Shown here in pieces: positions 4,881 through 8,731 of a stretch of 8,731 bases of DNA. The translations under genes and the position numbers were made by a program. The notes below the pieces were generated by a model, which was not told where the DNA came from, ran no database searches, and saw only the letters and a program-made list of their open reading frames with translations. Source of the DNA: a virus (taxonomy: Duplodnaviria; Heunggongvirae; Uroviricota; Caudoviricetes); the IMG/VR virus record IMGVR_UViG_2531839532_000005, positions 1 through 8,731 of that record, one strand, 5' to 3'. Numbering within the stretch: position 1 is the first letter of the stretch; the number at the start of each line of letters is the position of its first letter.

Positions 4881-7674
4881 TATCCGGGTCGCTTTCAGCG
4901 CCGTTGACAGGCTGACCCGGCCTGCCGAAAACGCCCGCCGCCTGATGGGGCAGTTTGGTGACTCCATCCAGCGAACGCAGGGGGCGATCAAAAATCTCGA
5001 GCGTCAGGCGCGTTCATTTGAGCGCGCCCGTGACGCTGTCAGTAAAGCGGATGCTGGCATATTGAAAGCACGACGCCAGCTTAACGCTCTTAATCAGTTA
5101 CAACGCACGGGTACAGTGCTCAGCGAAAAACAACAAAAGCTGATGCAGCAGTTAAGCACCCGGCTTGAACGCCTGAATGAATCGCGCACACGGGAAATTC
5201 AGAAAATGCGGGAACTTGGCGGAGAGCTGAAACGCCACGGCATTTCCCTGACAGGCAGCGATAACACCATCCAGCAGGCCATCAGACGCACCGAACAGTA
5301 CAACAACCAGCTTGAACGTGAACGGCAGGCGCTTGCGCGTGTAACGCGGGCGCGTGAGCGGTATTCGCGCGCGCAGGAAACCGCGGGAAAACTGAAAACA
5401 GGTGGTGCGCTGGCAATTGGTGCGGCAGCGGCGGGCGGCTATGCTGCCGGGCGTTTTTTGCAGCCCGCGATCGGGTTCGGCAAAGAGATGTCCCGCGTTC
5501 AGGCGCTGACGCGAATCGACCAGAACAGCCCGCAGTTTAAGGCGCTGCGTGAGCAGGCATTAAAACTTGGCTCTGAAACGCAGTTCACCGCAGGCGATGC
5601 CGCCAGTGGGCAGGCATTTCTTGCAATGGCTGGCTTCACACCGCAGGCCATTCAGGCTGCGCTTCCCGGAGTGCTGAGCATGGCAACGGCTGGCGGTATG
5701 GATCTCGGCGAGACGGCAGATATTGGCTCAAATATCCTGACGCAGTTCGGCCTTTCTGCTGACCAGATGGACCGGGTCGGTGACACACTCACCGCAGCGT
5801 TTACCCGTACCAACACTGACCTTCGCGCACTGGGCGAAACCATGAAATATGCAGGTCCGGTGGCGGGTAAGCTGGGAATATCGCTGGAGCAGGCCGCAGC
5901 GATGGCTGGCGTGCTGGCGAATATGGGCATCAGAGGGAGTGATGCCGGGACGGCAATGCGTGCCAGCCTGGCTCGTCTGGCATCACCGCCAAAGGCGGCG
6001 GCAGAAGCTCTGAAAGAGCTGGGCGTGTCCGTCTCGGATGCCGGGGGCAAAATGCGCCCGATGGAGGATGTGCTGGCCGACCTTTATAAAGCCACCCGCA
6101 AATACGGGGAAGTTGACCGGGTATCGTTCTTTAAGGACATTGCCGGAGAAGAGGCTTTCACATCGTTTATGGCGCTCGTTGATGCAGCGGGTGACGGTTC
6201 CTTACCTAAACTGAGAAAAGAACTTGAAGGCGCACGCGGTGAGGCTGAACGCACAGCAAAGGTTATGGCCAACAACCTTGACGGCGATCTGAAATCACTC
6301 GGCAGTGCATGGGAAGGGTTGCGCATCCGCATTGCAGATCTGATTGACGGTCCGCTGCGTTCTGTCACGCAGTGGCTCACACGGGTGGTATCAAGGGTGA
6401 CGGCGCTGGCGCAGGCCCATCCGACACTGACGCGCCAGCTACTGATAGCAGGCGGTGCGTTGCTGGCAATGACTGCAACGGTTGGCTCGTTGTCGCTGGC
6501 TATTGGTGTGCTTGCTGGCCCGCTGGCAAAACTGCGTCTTGGTTTTTCTCTCCTGACCGGATCAATGAATGCTGTCAGGGTCCTGCCAGCACTATGGGGA
6601 ATGGTGACGGGTTCCGTTTCTTTACTGGGAGGCGCTATCGGGGCGCTGTTCAGTCCGGTCGGGTTGATTGCTGCAGCGTTTGTCGCTGCGGCGGTTCTCA
6701 TCTGGAAATACTGGGAACCCATCAAGGCGTTTTATGCCGGGGTGTTCAGTGGGATTATGGAGCGACTGGCCCCGTTGCGCGAAACCTTTGAACGGTTTGG
6801 CCCTGTTTTTGACGCAATCGGAAGCGGGATCAGCCAGGTGTTTAACTGGTTTAAATCGCTGCTGTCACCGATGGAGTCCAGCAAGGAAACGCTGGATAAA
6901 TGTACCAGTGCTGGCGAGATATTCGGTAACGTTCTTGGCGGTGCGTTACAGCTTGTTCTGACACCTGCAAAAATGCTACTGGATACGCTGGCGTGGATAC
7001 TTGAAAAACTCGGTGTGCTTCCGGATGAAGCGGAAAGGGCGCGCAAGAAAATCGAAGACGCACAGCGTGCGGCCATTCTTCAGGACAAGGTTGCCTTGCT
7101 TCAGGGGGACCTGGCGAAAATCAATCCGCCGAAGCCTGTGGAAAATGGCAATGGCACCGGAGGTGATAAACCCAAAGACAACAAACCGCTCACAGACAGC
7201 AATACCGGTACGCTACGCAGACTCAGCAAAATTGCTGATAACACAGGTAAGCTGGTTGATGAGACGAAAAAACGCATTGGCCCCGGCGATATTGTCTTTA
7301 AGAACCTGCCCCGCGCACTTGCTGTTCGTGGGGAGTGGCAGGAGCGGAAGATTGCGCAGGTCAGTAAGCCTGCTTCCGCAATCAACATCACACCCGTGGT
7401 CCCGACTCCTCTGCCTCCGGCGCTGGTCCCTGTTGTTGCGGCCAGCTCCCGCCCGGTGGCGGAGGCCATACGATCGCCAGTGGCATCAGTTCCTGCAACT
7501 TCCCGTAACCGGGAGCCTGTTGTCTCCGGATTTGGCGGTGAAATTCATGTTCATCTGCATAACGTTGTTACGCAGAATCCCCGCGAACTGGCGAAACTGG
7601 TCGGTGAAATGGTCAGGGCAGAATTGGAACGACGCGACCGTGCCGGACGTGGCAGTTTTTACGATAAAGATTGA
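4867..7674 (+). CDS. T: Tail tape measure protein (gpT family), about 935 aa
   Basis: Long ORF directly after E/E'. Start chosen at ATG 4867 (MKTLDIRV...) with GGGAA 9-10 nt upstream; ATG 4859 and the track start 4831 are alternatives. N-terminal coiled-coil-like region, a central Ala/Gly-rich domain, hydrophobic segments encoded around 6415-6715 (LLIAGGALLAMTATVGSLSLAIGVLAG..., GLIAAAFVAAAVLIW) and a Pro-rich C-terminus are all typical of tape measure proteins. Stop TGA 7672-7674. Confidence 0.85.
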   Translation: MKTLDIRVAFSAVDRLTRPAENARRLMGQFGDSIQRTQGAIKNLERQARSFERARDAVSKADAGILKARRQLNALNQLQRTGTVLSEKQQKLMQQLSTRLERLNESRTREIQKMRELGGELKRHGISLTGSDNTIQQAIRRTEQYNNQLERERQALARVTRARERYSRAQETAGKLKTGGALAIGAAAAGGYAAGRFLQPAIGFGKEMSRVQALTRIDQNSPQFKALREQALKLGSETQFTAGDAASGQAFLAMAGFTPQAIQAALPGVLSMATAGGMDLGETADIGSNILTQFGLSADQMDRVGDTLTAAFTRTNTDLRALGETMKYAGPVAGKLGISLEQAAAMAGVLANMGIRGSDAGTAMRASLARLASPPKAAAEALKELGVSVSDAGGKMRPMEDVLADLYKATRKYGEVDRVSFFKDIAGEEAFTSFMALVDAAGDGSLPKLRKELEGARGEAERTAKVMANNLDGDLKSLGSAWEGLRIRIADLIDGPLRSVTQWLTRVVSRVTALAQAHPTLTRQLLIAGGALLAMTATVGSLSLAIGVLAGPLAKLRLGFSLLTGSMNAVRVLPALWGMVTGSVSLLGGAIGALFSPVGLIAAAFVAAAVLIWKYWEPIKAFYAGVFSGIMERLAPLRETFERFGPVFDAIGSGISQVFNWFKSLLSPMESSKETLDKCTSAGEIFGNVLGGALQLVLTPAKMLLDTLAWILEKLGVLPDEAERARKKIEDAQRAAILQDKVALLQGDLAKINPPKPVENGNGTGGDKPKDNKPLTDSNTGTLRRLSKIADNTGKLVDETKKRIGPGDIVFKNLPRALAVRGEWQERKIAQVSKPASAINITPVVPTPLPPALVPVVAASSRPVAEAIRSPVASVPATSRNREPVVSGFGGEIHVHLHNVVTQNPRELAKLVGEMVRAELERRDRAGRGSFYDKD

Positions 7675-7686
7675 GGAGTCATGGCC

Positions 7687-8175
7687 ATGATGATGATCTA
7701 CGGCATGTTTGTTTTTGAGCTGCGCACATTGCCGCATCAGCAGTTACAGCAAAATAAAAGCTGGCGGCATGTGAAAAATGAACGCGTTAACCGTTCAGCA
7801 AGCTGGCAGTATATCGGGGCAGGCGATGATCGCATCGTGCTTTCTGGTGTGCTTTATCCTGAAATCACAGGTGGCGAAGTGTCGCTGTCGCTGCTGACCA
7901 CGCAGGCGTATACAGGACGCCCCTGGCCTCTGATTGATGGCGTCGGACAGATTTACGGCATGTATGTACTGACTGAAACGAATACGACCCGCTCCGAGTT
8001 TGATCGCTACGGTAAGGCGAAAAAGATAGAATTTTCACTGACTCTTGAACGCTGTGATGAGGATTTGCGGGAGCGCCTGCAATCCTCATCGTTCAGTGAT
8101 ATGCTGTCCGGCTTCAAAGATAAGGTCACATCATCCCTTAACAGCGCGGCCAGCTCCGTTAAAGGGCTGTTTTGA
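7687..8175 (+). CDS. U: Tail protein U (gpU family), about 162 aa
   Basis: ORF directly after T. RBS GAGGAG at 7673-7678 favours ATG 7687 (MMMIYGMFVFELRTLP...) over 7681 (only 2 nt spacing) or 7690. Size and position match P2 gpU. Stop TGA 8173-8175. Confidence 0.85.
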   Translation: MMMIYGMFVFELRTLPHQQLQQNKSWRHVKNERVNRSASWQYIGAGDDRIVLSGVLYPEITGGEVSLSLLTTQAYTGRPWPLIDGVGQIYGMYVLTETNTTRSEFDRYGKAKKIEFSLTLERCDEDLRERLQSSSFSDMLSGFKDKVTSSLNSAASSVKGLF

Positions 8176-8182
8176 TTAACGC

Positions 8183-8212
8183 AAAACCGCTAATGGTCAG
8201 ATTAGCGGTTTT
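8183..8212. terminator. Bidirectional intrinsic terminator between convergent U and invertase genes: perfect 12-bp stem AAAACCGCTAAT / ATTAGCGGTTTT with 6-nt loop GGTCAG
   Basis: The perfect inverted repeat is seen directly. On the + strand it is followed by CATTTTCC (U-rich). The right arm contains the invertase stop codon (TTA at 8202-8204 on +) and its last four codons. Confidence 0.6.
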
Positions 8213-8731
8213 CATTTTCCTGAGTCTGCCTGGTTGTTTCTTCAGCCTGTATATCGCCTACAGGGTGATAACGATAAATCGTCGATATGCCGATGTCGTA
8301 AATGATCGCCAGTTGTTTCCTGTCATGACCGTTTTTAATCAGCCTCGCTATTTGCTCGTGTTGTTCTTTTGTCAACTTCGGGCGACGTCCGCCAATGCGT
8401 CCTTGTGCGCGTGCTGCTGCCAGCCCGGCCAGTGTACGCTCTACAATTAATTCACGTTCCATTTCGGCTAAAGCTCCCATGACGTGAAAAAAGAAACGCC
8501 CCATGGGTGTTGATGTGTCAATGCTGTCCGTTAGACTACGGAAATTAACACCTTTTTCCCGCAATTCCTCAATAAGCGTGATCAGGTGTTTCATACTTCT
8601 GCCCAGTCTGTCCAGCTTCCAGACAACCAGCGTATCTCCTTCTGATAGCGTTCTGAGCAGTTTTTTCAATCCCGGTCTGGCTGATTTCGTTCCGCTGATT
8701 TTATCTTCAAAAATCAGTTCACATCCTGCGC
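8202..8731 (-). CDS. Serine recombinase, Hin/Gin/Pin/Cin-type DNA invertase; N-terminal 25-30 residues including the catalytic serine lie beyond the window end
   Basis: The minus-strand frame is open to the window edge. The translation ...CELIFEDKISGTKSARPGLKKLLRTLSEGDTLVVWKLDRLGRSMKHLITLIEELREKGVNFRSLTDSIDTSTPMGRFFFHVMGALAEMERELIVERTLAGLAAARAQGRIGGRRPKLTKEQHEQIARLIKNGHDRKQLAIIYDIGISTIYRYHP matches the resolvase catalytic domain and C-terminal HTH of Hin-family invertases almost motif for motif. The ORF-track start at 8669 is an internal Met. Confidence 0.9.
   Translation of the reverse strand, partial: AGCELIFEDKISGTKSARPGLKKLLRTLSEGDTLVVWKLDRLGRSMKHLITLIEELREKGVNFRSLTDSIDTSTPMGRFFFHVMGALAEMERELIVERTLAGLAAARAQGRIGGRRPKLTKEQHEQIARLIKNGHDRKQLAIIYDIGISTIYRYHPVGDIQAEETTRQTQENENR

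Noticed and set aside
5652-6050. 132-aa minus-strand ORF inside T
   Set aside because: Antisense within the tape measure gene; Ala/Ser/Pro-rich; same reasoning as the other antisense ORFs.
6084-6725. 213-aa minus-strand ORF inside the tape measure gene
   Set aside because: Antisense to a strongly supported long CDS. The product is Ala/Ser/Pro/Arg-rich and low-complexity, as expected from a GC-rich antisense frame. No RBS or start context noted.
7001-7690. 229-aa plus-strand ORF overlapping the 3' end of T in another frame
   Set aside because: Alternative frame of a GC-rich gene. Arg/Ser/Leu/Trp-rich composition is typical of spurious out-of-frame ORFs, and the T frame is continuous and family-like through this region.
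8183-8212. The AAAACC...GGTTTT palindrome as a hix/gix-type invertase crossover site
   Set aside because: Hin-family crossover sites are 26 bp, with two 12-bp half-sites around a 2-bp core and AAACC/GGTTT adjacent to the core. Here the arms are separated by a 6-nt loop with different flanks, and I found no related sequence at the other junction (2433-2589). A terminator is the simpler reading.
8669-8731. ORF-track Met at 8669 as the invertase start
   Set aside because: The frame stays open to the window edge and the upstream residues (...CELIFEDKISGTKSARPGLKK) continue the conserved resolvase catalytic domain, so the true start is beyond the window.
1-8731. CRISPR arrays, tRNA or rRNA genes
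   Set aside because: No regularly spaced direct repeats, no cloverleaf-like conserved tRNA features and no rRNA-like segments were seen on reading through; the window is almost entirely protein-coding.

Overview
The window is dominated by a P2-like contractile-tail core module on the + strand: sheath FI (2590-3774), tube FII (3774-4286), chaperone E with a -1 frameshift extension E' (4342-4716, extended to 4880), tape measure T (about 4867-7674) and tail protein U (about 7687-8175). Three things depart from the canonical P2 layout (FI-FII-E-E'-T-U-D-ogr, all co-directional). First, the gpD homologue lies upstream of FI on the opposite strand (1323-2432). Second, the position where ogr normally follows D holds a low-GC orphan gene for an N-terminally membrane-anchored protein (463-1128, - strand), which is my best candidate for a prophage-borne accessory or defence function, and an IS3-family element abuts it (window start to about 426). 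Third, a Hin/Gin/Pin/Cin-type serine DNA invertase gene (8202 to beyond 8731, - strand) converges on U, and the two genes share a perfect 12-bp-stem hairpin. All calls rest on reading the translations by eye and on remembered family signatures; no database search was run. Whether the D/FI-U arrangement is a real inversion, a lineage-specific order or an assembly artefact cannot be decided from this window.
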